Below, one piece after another: positions 35,096 through 48,608 of a stretch of DNA of 64,000 nt (position 1 is its first letter; the number at the start of each line of letters is the position of its first letter). The position numbers were made by a program, and so were the translations under genes. The DNA is from Cyanophora paradoxa CCMP329. Its lineage: Eukaryota > Plantae > Glaucophyta. The stretch lies in NCBI GenBank assembly GCA_004431415.1, contig QPMI01000599.1, forward strand, positions 220,859 to 284,858, in the 5' to 3' direction. The notes under the pieces are model-generated. The model was not told the origin of the DNA. It did not search any database and saw only the letters and a list, made by a program, of their open reading frames with translations.

Positions 35096-38000
35096 GCGCC
35101 GTGGGACGGGCGGCGGCCGCGGTCGTCGCCGGCTCGGCATCCTCTGCCCATGCGACGGCGGCGTGAGCGCGGGCGTGCGCCGGCGCCGAGGCCGGCGGCG
35201 GGTCGCGGGGGAGGCGAGCGGCTCTCCTCGCCCTCGTCCTCGACGATGCCGAGCTCGGCGCGCTCGGCGGTGGCCGAGCGCCAGCCGGCGCTCCAGGGCC
35301 GCCCCGGGTGCGCCCCGTTCGGCTTCGCGCTGCGCGGGCGCTCCCGCCGCTGCCCCGCCGCCCGCGCCGGCGCCTCGTCGAAGTCGTCGTCCCCGAAGTC
35401 CTCTGCGAGCGGCGCCCGCGGTCAGACTTCGCCGGCAGCCCGGCGGGGGCGCCCGACGTCGACGGCGGCGCGCCCGCACCGTACACGTCCTCGTCGGCCC
35501 ACGGCGCGGGCTGGTCGTGCCCCCGCGCAGCTTCGCGGACTGCGGCCGGGAGGGGACCCGCGGCGCGCCCGTCTGCTGCTGCTGCGCCGACGGCGGCCGC
35601 GAAGGTCGCTGCTGGGCCGACGCCGGGCGCTCGGGGCGCGCGCGGAGGCGGCGGCGGCGGCGGCGGCGGCGAGGCGAGGGCGCGGCGCTCGCGCTCGCGG
35701 TCGAGCTGCGGGGCGGCGCTGGGCGCGGGGCCGCCGGCGAGGCCGAGCCCGTCGACGACGACGGGCGGGGGCGGGGCGCGGGGGCCGGCCCCCGCTGCGC
35801 GTGCCGCAGGTGGGGCGCCCCCTGGTGGAGCCCGCCGGGGACCCCGTGCTGCGCCCCCGCCAGGCCCCCAGTGACCGCCGCCGTGTGGCCCCACGCCTGC
35901 GGGCCCCGCGCCGGCGACGCCGGCCGCGCCCGCGGCGGCGGCGACGGCGAGCGCGACCGCGGGCCCGGGATCTGCGGCGCGCCCCGGGGCCCGTCAGCCG
36001 GCGGCCCCGCCCCGGGCGGGGCGGCTCGGACCTGGGCGCCGGGGACGGGCCCCATGGTGACGCGGCCGTCGCGGCCGAGAAAGAAGGCGGCGTCCTTGAG
36101 GACCTCCCCGCCGGCACCGCCACCTGCCCCCGCCGCCCCCGCCCTCAGCGCCGGCGCCCGGCGCCCGGCGCGGGGCGGGCCGGCTCGCCTCGCCGCCCGG
36201 GCCAGCCACGGAGGCCCGCGCCACGGCCCGGTCCACGCGCGCCTCCACGTCCTGCCGGCCCCGCCCCGCCTCAGCCCCCGCCCCGCAGGGGGAGCGGCGC
36301 GCCGGCGGGCGGGGGCGCCTGGAGGAGGTACAGGTTCTCCTCCACCCGCCGCTCGTGCGCCACCGCCGCCGCCGACGTCACGTCCTTCTCCCGCCCCCGC
36401 ATGAACGCCTGCGCCCGCCTGCTCGGCCCGGGCCCCCGAGGCGTCCCTTCCGACCGGGCGGGGCGCACCTGCATGGTGGCCGATCCCGCCTGCTTGGCGG
36501 CCAGGTGCAGCTCGAAGTGCCTTCGAGGGGCGTCAGAGTCGACGGGGGGCGCGGGGCGCGGCAGCGGGGCGCGGGGCGCGGCGCACTCCGCCTTCTCCTG
36601 GGCCCGCCGCCGCTCGGTCTCGCGCTGCCGCCGGCGCCGCGCCTCCGCCCGCACCCGCTGCTCCGCCTCCAGCGCCTCCCGAGCCTGCCGCGCCGGCCCG
36701 CCCGCCCCGCTCGGCTCGGCTCGAGCCGGCGGGCGGGGACGGGAGGGCGGGGAGGGGCGCATGCGCACGGCGAGCGACTCGCCGTCGCGGACGGGGAAGC
36801 GGGCCTGGCCGTGCATGCGCACGTAGGCGCGCGAGGTGGCCACGAAGGGCCGGTCGAGGCCCTGCCGCCGGTCCGCCCGCGCCCGGTCGCCCGCCACGGA
36901 GCCCTCCCACCCGCCGCTCGGCGCGGGAGGTACCTGCGCAGGCAGCCGCCGGGCGGCCGGTCAGCCCGCGAGGAAGGGCCGGGCGGGGCGGGAAGCGGAC
37001 CAGGAGCGGCGGAGGGCGGTCTCCTGCTCGCGCTCGCGGTTGCCGGCGACGGCGGCCTCGAGCGACTCGCGCCACGCCCGCACCGCCAGACGGTCCACCG
37101 CCCCGCCCATCCCCTCCTCCCCCGCCGCCGGCACGCCCCTGCAGAGCGCGCACCCCTCCCCGCCCCCGCCGCCCCCGAAGAGCTCCCGGTAGAGGGCGGC
37201 CCGCTCCGGCTCCGGGGCGGCCCGCCCGCAGCGCCCGCAGCGCTGCTCCCCCTCCTCCTGCGGGCCGCCGCCGCCGCCGCTCGGCCCTCGTCCTCCTCCG
37301 AGAAGAACCGGTACCGCTCCGGCCGCCGCTGCCCCGCCTCCGCCTCCGCCTCGTCCGCTGCTGCCGCCGCCTCCAGCACGGCCGCCGCCGCCGCCGCCCC
37401 CGGCCCCGCGCCGTGCTCGGGCTCGGCCTCCCTGCAGCAGCAGCGAAGGCGCACGTCAGAGGCGAGCGCGGCGCCCAGCGCGGGCCTCGGCTTGCGGACC
37501 GGGGCCGGGCGTAGGGCCCGATGCCGAAGCGCTTGAGGGCCTCCTGCCGCCGCCGCTCTGCCTCCTTGTCCCGCCTCCGCTGCACGGGGGCCCCGCGTCG
37601 GCCCCCGCCCCCGGCGTCCCGCTCCGCGCCGCGGCCGCGCCCCGCCCTCTCCCTACCTTCTCCTTCTTCCACTCCTCGAAGGAGGGCGCCGGCTTGGGCT
37701 CCGAGCGCTCCCGCCGCGAGGCCCGCGCCGCCGCCACCTCCGCCTCCGCCGCCGCCGCCGCCGCCGCCGCCGCGATCGCCTTGCTCACCTGCGCCCCCGC
37801 GGCTCGGCGCGGCGCCGGCGCCTGGGAGGGAGCCCCGCAGCACCTCGCCCTCGACGGCGCGTAGGGAGACGCCGTCGGCCGCCGCCTCCGCCGCCGCTGC
37901 TGGCGCCTCGGCGGGGCCGGCGTCGCTGTGGGCGGCGGGGCCGCGCCGGGCGCCGCCTCCGAGGCGGGCTCCGACCCGAGGGACCGCCGGGAGCCCCCCG

Positions 38001-40282
38001 CCCGCTTCGACCTGGCGCGCGAGCGAGGTCAGGCCCCCCCCACCCCTCTCCCAAGGCGCGGGGCACAGGAGGAGAGGAGGAGAGGGCCGCACCCGGAGCC
38101 GGCGCGGCTGGCGCGCCAGGGCCTCTCCCGCTCCTCACGCTTCCTTACCGCGTCCGCCGCCGCCGCGACCGCCGCCAGCAGGATCCCCTCCGGGCCCTCC
38201 GGCACCCCCGCGAAGGGCGCCGCCTCGCTGCCCTCCGCCCCGCCGGCCTCCGCCGGCTTGCCCTCGGCGGCGGCCTTGGCGCGCGCCTCCTCGCGCTCCT
38301 TGGCGCGCGCCGCCTCCGCCGCCGCCTTCTCCGCGTCCTTCTTGGCCTTCCACTCGGCGAACCTGCCGCGGGGGAGCCGGGTCGTCAGTCGGGGGCCCGC
38401 GGCCCGCCGCACGGGGCGGCGCCCGCTCCCGCGCACCGTTTCGCCGACTCCTCCCGCCGCTCGTTCCTGCGAAGAAAGGCGTCAGGCGGTGAGGGCGGGG
38501 CGGCGGAGGGCGCAGGTGCGCGCTTCTGCTGGGCGCGGCGCTGGTCCTCGGCGGCCGCCTCCTGCCGCCTGAGCTTCTCCAGCGCGAGCTGCCGCCCGAT
38601 CCGCTCGTTCCACTCCTGCGGCCCGCGGCGCGCTCAGCTCGGGGCCCGCCCCGGGCGGCCGCGCTCTCCGCCCCGCCCCACTCTTCCCCGCTCGCCTGCA
38701 TGCGGCGGCCGCGGTCGGCTTCGTCGCCGGCGCCGGCCGAGGGCGGGCCGGCCGCGAGCTGGAGGGGCGCTTCTCGGGGAGGCGGAGCCGGCGGGGCGGC
38801 GCCCCTGCCGCTCCGTCTCCCGCAGCCACGCCTCGTACACCGCCTTGGCGTCCAGCCCCTGCGCCCCCCGAGTTCGCCCCGCCCCGCCCGGCCCCGCAGA
38901 GACCGCCCCGCACCTCGTCCTTCCAGTCCTTGCCCCGGTACACGCTCCTGTGCGCCTCCTCCACCGCCTGCGGGGCCGCGTGAGCGGCGCGCGGGGCGGG
39001 ACCGCGGCGGGGCGGCGCCGCGCGCCTTGATGCGCGCCGCTTGCCGCTTCTGCCGCAGCTTGCGCCTGTGCTTCGTCACCTGCGGCGGGGTCGGCCCGGG
39101 TCCGCCCCGCGCGCCGCGCCGCGAGGCCGCGCACCCCCGTCTCGTCGATCTGGGCGTCCGCCGCGGCCTCCGCCCCCGAGCTGGAGGCCCCCGGGGCCGC
39201 CTCGGGGCCGGAGGCGTCGTCGGGGCGGTGGCGCGGCTCCTCGCCGGCGCTCTGTCCGCTCTCGCCGGCCCACGGGACGTCCTGCTCGATGACCACGGCC
39301 GCCGTGCCCCCCGTCGAGAGCTCCAGCGGCCCTCCCCGTGCCCCTCCTCCCCGCCCGCGCCCGGCGCCCCCGCACCCGGTGCGACCGACTGCGGCGCGGG
39401 GGCGGAGGGCTGCGGGGCGGCTGCGGGGCCGGGGGCGCCGGGGCGCCGGCGGTCCTGGAGGAGGAGCGGGGCGCGGGGTGGCGGCCGCGGGGCGCGTCGG
39501 CCTCCAGCTCGCCCGAGGTCATCTTCCCCTTCAGGTTGTCCAGCAGCGCCTTCAGCTGCGTCTGCGGGGAGCGGCTCGGCTGCGGCGCGGGCGGGCGGGG
39601 CGGGCGGAGCGGACGTGTACGGAGTCGATCCCGATGGGGACCTCGCCCGCGGGGCGCTTGCTGGAGCTCCGCTTGACCTTCGAAGAAGACTCCGCAGCCT
39701 TCGCGCCGATGCGCGCGTCGGCGCCGCGCGACGGAGCGGCCGCCAAAGAGCGCACCGAGGAGGGCCCTGCGACGGGCGCCGATTCTGGCGGACGCGGCAC
39801 CTGCGCGGGAAGCGGGGGGTTGAGGCACTGCGCCCGAGCACGTAAGGACGCATAGCTAGCACCGCCGAGCCATGCCCCCCTGAAGCAAAGTCCCCAGGCC
39901 GATCATCCCGGCCCGGAGCCCCGTTTGGCGGTGCTGGCAGCCCAGGGCGCGCCGCCGGCCTGTCGCGGGACCGCGGGGCATGCGAAGAGTCGTGGTGATG
40001 CCTGCGGTCCCGATCCCTCTTCTCCGGGGCCGACGGACGGTGCCCAGCTTTTGCGAGGTCTGCATGACGCTGCCCGAGTGGCCGTTCGGGGTGCAGCTTG
40101 CGCTCACCCACCCAGTTCTTTGAAAACGCGGCATAAAGCGCGCTCTCCTGCGCGGCCCAGTCAGCGTCGGCGGAGCTCACCGTACAGCCTAGCGGCGAGT
40201 GCTGGGGCGCCGGAGAGAATGCAGATCGGCGAACCTCCTCTAAGAAGGCGTCTATGTCCTCGATGCTGTCCACCAGCGTCAT
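34941..40282 (-). CDS. Large low-complexity coiled-coil protein with repeated aromatic-x-x-W motifs (CCDC34/CCDC181-like flavour)
   Basis: Exons MTLVDSIEDIDAFLEE, QLKALLDNLKGKM, AKAVYEAWLRE, FAEWKAKKDAEK, PSFEEWKKEK, ending VEDTLDELIARREAIKRRLLAAGL-TAG. Family assignment is weak. Confidence 0.6.
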
Positions 40283-40609
40283 GGTCGAGGCACACGCTTT
40301 TGGCTGCGTTTGTAGACCTGTACCCCTGTCTTTCGGCTTGCCAGGGCTTGGTTCGCCGTGCTTAAGCTTGCACAATTCGCTAATGCGACTCACTGTGCGA
40401 GCTCCGGCGTGAATTGTCGGTCGGCGCCCCAACCCCCAGCACCCGTCCGAGGCGGAAATCACTCCAGGTTGCTGTACAGCACACACGCAAACGGGGTTGG
40501 GGCGACAGGGAATGAGCTTGGAAAAAGGGCCAAAGAAGCCCACAAAGAAAGAGGAGGTTTCTCTCCTAGAGACTACGAGCGAACAGTAAACTACGGTACG
40601 GAAAAAGCA

Positions 40610-42070
40610 TCACGCCCTGCCCTCCACGACGGCGCCGGGCCCGGATGCGTCGATGAGCTGTCTCCTCTGCATCGCAGCGAGCGCGAGCCGCTCGCGGCGC
40701 TCGCTGAGCGTGTTGCCGCCCTTCTCGCCGGCCTGGGTGGTCGTGCCGGAGGGGTCCGTGTTCTCCGCCTGGCTCCCCGGGCCCGCCGAGCTGGTGGATC
40801 CCCGGAGCGACTGCGCGCTGCTGGAATTCGATGCGAGCAAGGGCGTCTGCGGCGCGTCCGAGTGCTCCTTCAGCGACGACGAGCCGGCTGTTGCCGTCGA
40901 GTGGCCCGACGGCGAGGACGCAACCACCGGCCGCGGCGCCGCTCCTGAATGAAGGGAAAGAAATGAGCGAGAAAGAAACGCTCTGAAGCGGGGCGCGCGC
41001 ACCGAGAACCCGCCCTTGGTTGGTCGGGGTGTTCGCGGCGGCATTGGCTGTCGGCGGCCGGGCGATGCCAGTCGGCGTCTGGATGACGCCCCAGCCTGGA
41101 TAGAGGAGATCAGAGAGATCGACAAGACGGCGGCGCGAACGAAAGAAGGCACCCTCCGGAAGGACACAGTTGAAGAACATCCCTGCACAGCGATGCACAA
41201 GGATCAGAGCGCGCCAGCCGTCCTCCCCGCATGAACACGCACCCCAGTTAGCGAGGCGGTTGATATAGCCGGGGATGCCCTTCCCCACGAGTTTCGAGCA
41301 CAGGTCGTTTGCGAAGTGGTTGCAATTCCTGGTTGCGAGCGTCAGCGGCGGATTTGCGGCGTGCGCAGTAGGCTCTCGCACCTAGCTACAAGCGAGTAGG
41401 TGTTGCCAGGATACTCCTGAGCGAGCCGCTCGATCTGCCGCAGCCTCGCGGTGAGCACAACCACGACCACACGGTGCAAGGGAGCGCCGGGACGCGGCGC
41501 ACGATTTGCTTGACTTCCATTGGGCTCTTGTCGCACTCTCCCATCAGCACACTCTCCCTGCGTTCCGAGAGCCGGCTGTGAGCGCTCCTTCTCACGGCGG
41601 TTGCCACAGGGCGGCCGGACCGGAAGATTGCTTGGGGCGCGTGCCGCGGAGGAACATCGAAGACTCCGGTGAAGGCTGCGCAAGGGGGAGAGAAGTGGCC
41701 CAAGTGAGCGGCGCCAGCCGCGCAGAGCCGCGGCCTTCGGCCAAGACGGGGGGCGAGGGGACCGCGCACAGTACTCGTGCCCGCCGAAAGAGTACTCTGT
41801 GATGCCGCGGCGGGGGACGGGGGGTCAGGGCCCGTGGAGAGAGGCAGCGGCCGCGGGTCCGCGGGCACCTTTGCCGAGGACCTCGACGCCCGAGTGGAAG
41901 ATGCCGAGCCCAATCGTTGATGTGTACTCGTTGATCTTTGCGAGGTCATAAACCTGCCGCGCGGCGGGTGCCAACGTTACACAACGGATCGGCGCGGCGG
42001 GCGGAGCCGACCGCACGTTCAGATACACAGGGATCTTCCTCCGCTGAGAGCTGCCGACCGGGGCGGGCAT
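40610..42070 (-). CDS. PPPDE/DeSI family deSUMOylating or deubiquitinating peptidase (DESI2-like)
   Basis: VYLN/VYDLAKINEYTSTIGLGIFHSGVEVLGK/EYSFGGHE and YPGNTYSLVA/RNCNHFANDLCSKLVGKGIPGYINRLA contain the family's catalytic His (FHSG) and Cys (NCNHF) motifs. Confidence 0.93.
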
Positions 42071-42437
42071 TTCGTGCTGTTGTGCCGGGAGTGACTGTAC
42101 CCCCAATGGGGAGCGTTTCGTGTCGGGAAAATGCCGGAAGCCGGCAGCCGAAGCAGTCTGTAACGTAGAGAAAAACGAGCCTAGTGCCTAGCCGGTGCAT
42201 CCGATCTTGTCGGCGAGGCCGGACGCCCGGCGCCCGTTCACCCGCCCCGCGCGCCCGCCGCGACGCACGCCCGCGGTGGCCTCCGGCCGCGCGCGGCTCG
42301 CGCTCTCCGCGTAACACCGTGGAAGCTGCGATGGTCTAATTCCCATCCCTCGAGTGCCGCAGCGCACAGAGGGGCGTGAGCAGAGTCCACGGGTGCGGGT
42401 CGCCGCGGCGCAGGGGGCAGGGTGCGGGGGGGGAAGG

Positions 42438-44580
42438 CTAGGGGATGGTGAGGACGAGGGCGCCTGTGGCGGAGGGGAGGGCGGCGTGCGCGGCGGCGAG
42501 CTGCGTGAGGGGGAAGGTGCGGTAGCGGGGAACGATCGCCCCCGCCGACAGGTTCTCCATCACCGCCATCAGGATGTCTGCGCCCCCGCCGCTCAGAAAG
42601 GCTGCGGGGCGGGCCAGGGCGGGGCGGGCGGGGCGGGCGGACGGAGGTAGCGGCCGCGGTAGGAGCCGTCGAGGAGCCAGGCGTGCTCGAAGAGGAAGCC
42701 CACGCTCGCGTTCCGCAGGAACAGCTGCGGCCAACGCCGGTCGGCCCCGCGCCCCGCGCCCCGCCCCCGCCCCCGCCCCTGCGCCCCTCACCTCGCGAGT
42801 GTCTGGCGGGTCCAGCTGCGCCGCGGCCCGCCGTCAGCCGGGGGGCGGCGGGGCCGGGGAGGGGCCGGGGCGGGGGCCGGGGCGCGCCTGGGCGTCCGGG
42901 GCGGTGGTGACGAGCTGCCCGTGCGTGGCGAGGCAGCGGATGTTCCGCACGAGCCGCGCGTGCCGCGCCTTCCGCTCCCCGGCATCCCCGCCCGCCTCCG
43001 CCGCGGAGGCCGCCCCCTCCCCCTCCCGCCCCTCCCCGTCGCTCTCCTCCCGGCTGCTGCCCCCCGGGCCGGACCCGGCCCGCCCCGGGCCGCCCGCCCC
43101 GCGGCCCGACGAGCCGGCGCCGGCCTTGCCCCCCGCCGCCTTGCTCGGACCCGCCTTCGAAGCGGAGACGCCGCTGCAGGCCCTGCCGTCAGCGGGCCGG
43201 CGGGGGGCGGGCCGTCAGCGGGGGCGGCGGCGGGCGCACCGGGCCTGGGGCGCGGTGGCGGCGGAGGCGGGGCGGGCGGGACGGGCGGGGTGGCGGGCTT
43301 GGCGGCGGCGGGGCGGGAGAAGATGGAGTCGATTGCATCGACGCTGCTCTTCAGCTTGGAGAGGTTCAGCTCGAGATCTTTCAGCCCGGCGCCCTTCCCC
43401 TTGCCCTCCCCGCGCCCCGCCGCGCCCCCGCCCCGCCGCTCCCCCTTGCCCGCCCCGCCCGCCCTCCGCTCCCCGTCGCTGGCTGCCGGGGGGCGTGAGG
43501 GAGGGCGGGGGGCGAGGGGGCTGGGGGAGGGGGACCGGAGGGGGGCCGGGGGGCGGCGAGGGCGCGGCAGTAGGCGAGGTCCTCGTCGTCGAGGACGCAG
43601 TCGGCGCCGACGCCGCCCGTCTCCTCCAGCACCACCGCCCCCGCCTCCTCCCGCCTCCCGTCCACCGCCCGCCCTGCCCCGCACCAGCCCCCCTCGACGT
43701 CGCGCCCCCTCCGAGCGCGCCGGCCCGGGGCGGGGCGGGGCGGGGGCGGCACCCTCGGGGCGAGGGATCGCACGAGCGCCAGCTCCTCGTCACTCCCCGC
43801 CGTCACGAACAGCTGCCGGCCGCCCCGCCCCGCCCGGCCCCGCCTCGGCGCCCGCTCCAGGGCCGCGCGCGCCCCGCCGGCCGCACCTTCACCCCGTACA
43901 GCCGCGCCACCTGCAGCGCGATGTGCCCCGGGCCCTGCGCCCCGCTCGCCTCGGCTCGCCTCGCCTCGCCTCGGCGGGGCGGGGCGGACGGAGGCGCCGG
44001 AGTGGAGGAGGAGGGTGTCGTCGCGGTGGAGGCGCCGGAAGGCCGTGAAGGCGCGCACCCCCGCCCCGAGGCTCGCCGCCGCCGCCTCGTGGCCCACACC
44101 CTCCCCCTTCCGCACTGCACCCCCGCCCGCCCCCCCGCCGTCACCCCGCGCCCCGCGCCCGGCGCGCGCCCCCCGCCCCCCCGCACCCAGCTCGTACGCG
44201 TTCACCACGGAGAGCTCCGCGTAGCCGCCGCTCGAGCCGGGCGGGAGCAGGGCGCAGACCTCGTCGCCCATCGCAAAGTCGCGCACGCCGGCGCCCGTCT
44301 CCTCGATGACCCCCGAGATGCAGTAGCCGAGGACGCACGGCGCCGCGACGATGTCCGCGAACACCGCGCCCTCCCGAACGAGGGCGTCCACGGGGCTGAT
44401 GAGGCACGCCTTCACGCGCACGATCACATCCAGCTCCGAGGTCAGCGCCGGCGGCGGGTGCTGTGCGGCGCGGCGCGCGCTGAGCGCGGCGTTTTCCGGG
44501 GCGGCGGGTTCCAGGCGCACCGAATCGACGTATTCGAGCACCTCGGGTCCGCCGAATTGGCGGACCACGCACGCTCGCAT
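42438..44580 (-). CDS. CRYZL1: Quinone oxidoreductase-like protein (MDR superfamily, zeta-crystallin-like 1)
   Basis: MRACVVRQFGGPEVLEY, VLGYCISGVIEETGAGVRDFAMGDEV, GGYAELSVV, LEETGGVGADCVLD, and the CRYZL1-type C-terminal LDPPDTRE/LFLRNASVGFLFEHAWLL..ILMAVMENL. Confidence 0.8.
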
Positions 44581-44639
44581 TTTAAAGTGGCCGCCGGCGC
44601 CGCGGTTGTGTGCCTCGTGACTCGCAAGTACACAGAAGG

Positions 44640-47600
44640 ATGCTGCTCGCCAGGCGTGCTGAATGCAGCTTGATTACGCCAGCTTCAGTGAAGGCGTGGT
44701 TGGAGGGTACAGTCCGCGAGGCAGGGGTACAGTGCGAGGTAGCCTGCAGCACTCGCAGCAACTCGCCGAAGCCTGCAGACCCTGCGCGGTCCAGTCTTCC
44801 TCGTGCAAAAGCTTGTAGACGTACGGCTCGGGTGCACCCTCGCTGCGGGCCCTTCCCCCGGTCGCGGGCAGTTTCCATCGGACCTGATGGACCTTGCCAA
44901 TGTGCGTCCATCTCCTCACTAAACTCTAATCGGCGTTCTGAACCATTTCCATCGCAGGCCAAGTGGCCAGAGCGCCCTTCTGGCCTTGGCAAGCGCCCAT
45001 TTGGCGCTGGTAAGCGCCCCTTCGGCCCTTCCGATCCCGCCGCTGTACCTGTACGTCCCTCGGCTCGCGTCGTAGCGCTGCGCTGCGCGACTGACCCGCA
45101 GTTGCACGTTCCTCTTCGCAGGGTGATTCGGGTGCTGCGGCCTCGTCCTCGTCTGCGGTGCGCCGGTAGTGTACTGATGTGTGCTGCTGAAGGAAGAAGC
45201 CCTGATGCGCTACAGATGCTGCAGTTCGAGCTGCGGATCTCTCCGAGACTGTTCTCTTGGGTCGAGTGGTCGCGCCCTCCTCCGGGTATGACCAAGAAGG
45301 AGTGGGAGAAGAAACGCACGAACTATATCGAGAGGAACCGCTGGACTCCACACAGACCCCTGGCGGAGGTGCGGTATCTTCATCTGATAGCCTCCATCGG
45401 TATTTTCATCTGCTAACCTTCATCATACGTCAGTATCTTTACATCACATTCTTGGCCGAAGCTCTACGCAAGGTGTTCGAGGCCGCGGAGAAGGAGGCGC
45501 TGGGCATTCTCGCTATCTGTAAGAACAACCAGATCCGGGTCACAGTACGCCTTTCTCTCGCAAGTCCGGTCTTCCCACATTCTGATTCCTTGCAGTTCAA
45601 AGCGCCCGCAGACTTCACTGTCCCGGCCGGCTGCGATCTGTTGGTCTGGCGAAACAGCATTGAACTCGACGTCGAGTTGGACATTGATGAGCTCCGCTCA
45701 CTGCTCCGCTCCAAGCGCACAGCTGTCGGCCCGATCCCGGAAGACATCGCCGCTCGCGACCCGTTCAACGTGAATGCTGACATCGAGAACGAGGACCCGG
45801 CCGTCTACAGCCACAAGAAGAAACCCCGCCCTCTCGCCAAGCTCAAGCGCACGGAGACGCCCGGCGTGTTCACCGCTACGTGCCACATCCGCGATCCCAT
45901 GTCCAACAGTGACCGTAGTGTCATCCGGCTTTCCGAGTGCGTCCACTGCAGCGCCGCTCCAGCGCCCCGCCTCACGCGCTCGCAGGCTGCTCGTTCTGGT
46001 GTACAACCGATCGAAGAAGCGCGTCATCTCCGTTCTCGCCGTCTACGGAGATGCCTTCCTGAACGAGGCCAAGTGGCAGGGTCCGCCGCTGCTTCCCGCG
46101 CCTTCCCGTAGCAGGCGCAAACGCGCCCGTTCATCAGAGAACGCCGGGCCACCCTGCGGGGATGTCGCCGCGGGCAAGCGCAAGCGCAAGCGCGAGGAGG
46201 AGGATGAGGGGGAAGAGGAGGAGAACGACGCGAGCGACTGGGGCTCCGAGGGGGACGCCGGCGCGGCTCCCCCTCTCGTCAAGAGAGAGTCGTCCCGCCT
46301 CAAGCGCCAGCGCGGCCCGGCCGGCGCCGTCCCCGTCCTGCCGGACCCGGAGGAGGCCGACGACCCCGCCCCGGCCCCGGCCCCGGTCCCTGCGCCGGCC
46401 ACGGAGCGCCGCCGCTACCTGACGCGGGCCGCGGCTCGCCCCGCCGCCCTCGTCGCCGTCAAGTCGGAGCCGAGCGCGGGCGAGGCGGAGAGCCGCCCCG
46501 CAGGCGCCGCCGCCGCCCCCAGGGCCGCCCCGCCCCGCCCCTTGGTGAACATCGCGACGCCCGCCGGGCTCGTGCATCGGGCGGCGCAGGGCGCGCGCGT
46601 CTTCCACGACTCCCTGGAGGGCGGCTCTGACGGCGAGGACGAGGCGGGCCCGCACGCGGCCGCCGGCGCCCCGGCGGGAGAGCGGACGGCAGCCGGCCTC
46701 GCGGGCTCGCCGTCCTCGGGCGCCTGGGCCCCCGGGGTCGCCGACTCGCTGTCCGACGGCGAGGAGGTGGACGCCGCCGCCGACCTCAATGTGGACGGCG
46801 CGGGCGGCCAGCCCTGCGCCGCCGCCCCCGGCCAGGGCGACGCCCCCGCCCCCGCCGACCCGCCGCTGCCGGCCCGCCCCGCGGCCGCCCTGCAGCTGCC
46901 CGCCGTCTCCTTCGATCCCACGGGTGCAGTCGCCCGCCGCCCGCCGCCGGGCGCACGGCCTCTGACGGCGGCGGCAGCGTCTCTGCGGGGCATCCAGTGG
47001 CCCGTGCGGAGCCCGGCGGTGGTGAACGGGCGGGACGTGGACATCGAGCTCCGGGTCCCGCCCGAGCTCGCCGGCTGCGTCGTCCTGCGCCTCCGCGTCT
47101 CCTTCGCCGCCTTCGAGCGCGTGTACCTCATCGACGCCCCCTTCGTCCGCCCCCGGCCCCGGCCCGCCCTCCCGCCGCCCCGCCGCGCTCTGAATTGGGC
47201 CGGGGGCCCGCCGCGGCAGGCGGGGCACTTCTTGCGCAGCGCGCGGCGCGTGCTGGCGCGGGGCAAGTTGCAGACGGTGACCCTCGCGCTCTTCCTCAAG
47301 GACACCAACCAGGCCCTCGGGGCGGAGCGGCGGTACGAGGGCATCTACGTCACCCCGCCAGGTCCCCCGCCGCCCCGGCCCCGCCCCCGCCGCCCGCCCC
47401 TCGGGGCTGAACGGGCGGCAGAGTTCCCGGTCCCCGGCATGCGGGGCTTCTGCGGGGTCGTCCCCCCGTACGACGGTGCGTCCCCACTCCCGAGCGCGGG
47501 CGCCCCGCCGGCGCCACGCGCCCCTAGCCCTCGCACGACGCGTCCCCCTTCTAGCGGTACTCTACACGCCGCCGCCCTGCGCGCCCCTAGACTGCGCACC

Positions 47601-48156
47601 CTCGCCTTCCCTTGTGCACGTCCGCCTCGTCGGCGACTGCTCTTAATGTGACTCAGTCCTTAGCTGTGATCGTGTCCCGGGTCTGCTTTGCGCCTTTTGA
47701 GGCGCTTGTAGATCCAAGAACTATCCGAAGCCCCCGCGCGCTGCTCTCGTGTAGGCCCCGCGCTATTTTCGAGTTCTCATGCTTCCGCAGGTGGCCGGCT
47801 GCCCTACCAACAACGTGCGCGCCCCCGGCCCCGGCCCCTCTCGCCCGCTGGCCTCTGACGCTCGCGCCTCGGCAGCGGCGGCGCTGGCGGAAGACGCGGA
47901 GAGCGAGGGTGCGCTGGCGCCGCCTCCGGCAGCCGGCGCGGAGCCCGGCCTGACCTGACGCTCGCCCGCCCGCCCCGGCAGACTCGGGATCCGAGTCGGA
48001 GGGCGACGCGCCCCCAGCGGCCGCGGCCGAGGCCGCCTCCCCCTTTGCGGGACGCGCGCCCGGCCTCCCCGCCCGCCTCGGTGCGCCGCCGCGCCGCCCT
48101 GTGCCGACCCGGGACGCTGACGCGTCGGCAGCGCTATAGCGCCATCTCGCCAGTAG
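44640..48156 (+). CDS. Hypothetical multi-exon protein with basic/acidic (NLS-like) central region
   Basis: Coding-like exons MLQFELRISPRLFSWVEW, YITFLAEALRKVFEAAEKEALGILAIC, KRKRKREEEDEGEEEE, RDVDIELRVPPELAGCVVLRLRVSF, with canonical introns. Ends approximate. Confidence 0.55.
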
Positions 48157-48608
48157 CGCGAGTCCCGTCTGGAGGCACCCTGGCCTCTAGGCCTGCTTTG
48201 GCCTCCGCGCCTTGTCCAGTCGTGCCCTTGTAAATAATTGCTGCGCGTGCATTACAGCTGCAGCTGCATGCGCAGGGTGCCGCTCTTGCGATTCGGGGGA
48301 TATCAAGTACTTGACTCACGCGGCAGGTCAGGGTGCCGCTCTTGAGAGCACGCAGGGTACCGGTGCCGTACTATGGTTGCAAGTCACTGCAGCTGAGCCT
48401 CGGAGCCGGCGCAACTCATGATCACTGAACTTCAAAGGCTTCGGAAGTTAAATACCATGCATATATGGCCATGGTAACGTTCGAAATGCGGCACTCATGC
48501 ATATATGCTATATGATCAGAACTGGGTAATTTGCAAGGGGGGGTACCCCTCCCTTGCTCCCCTGGCCTGGTGAATTGGTGCTGCGTATATACGTATACGT
48601 ATACGTAT

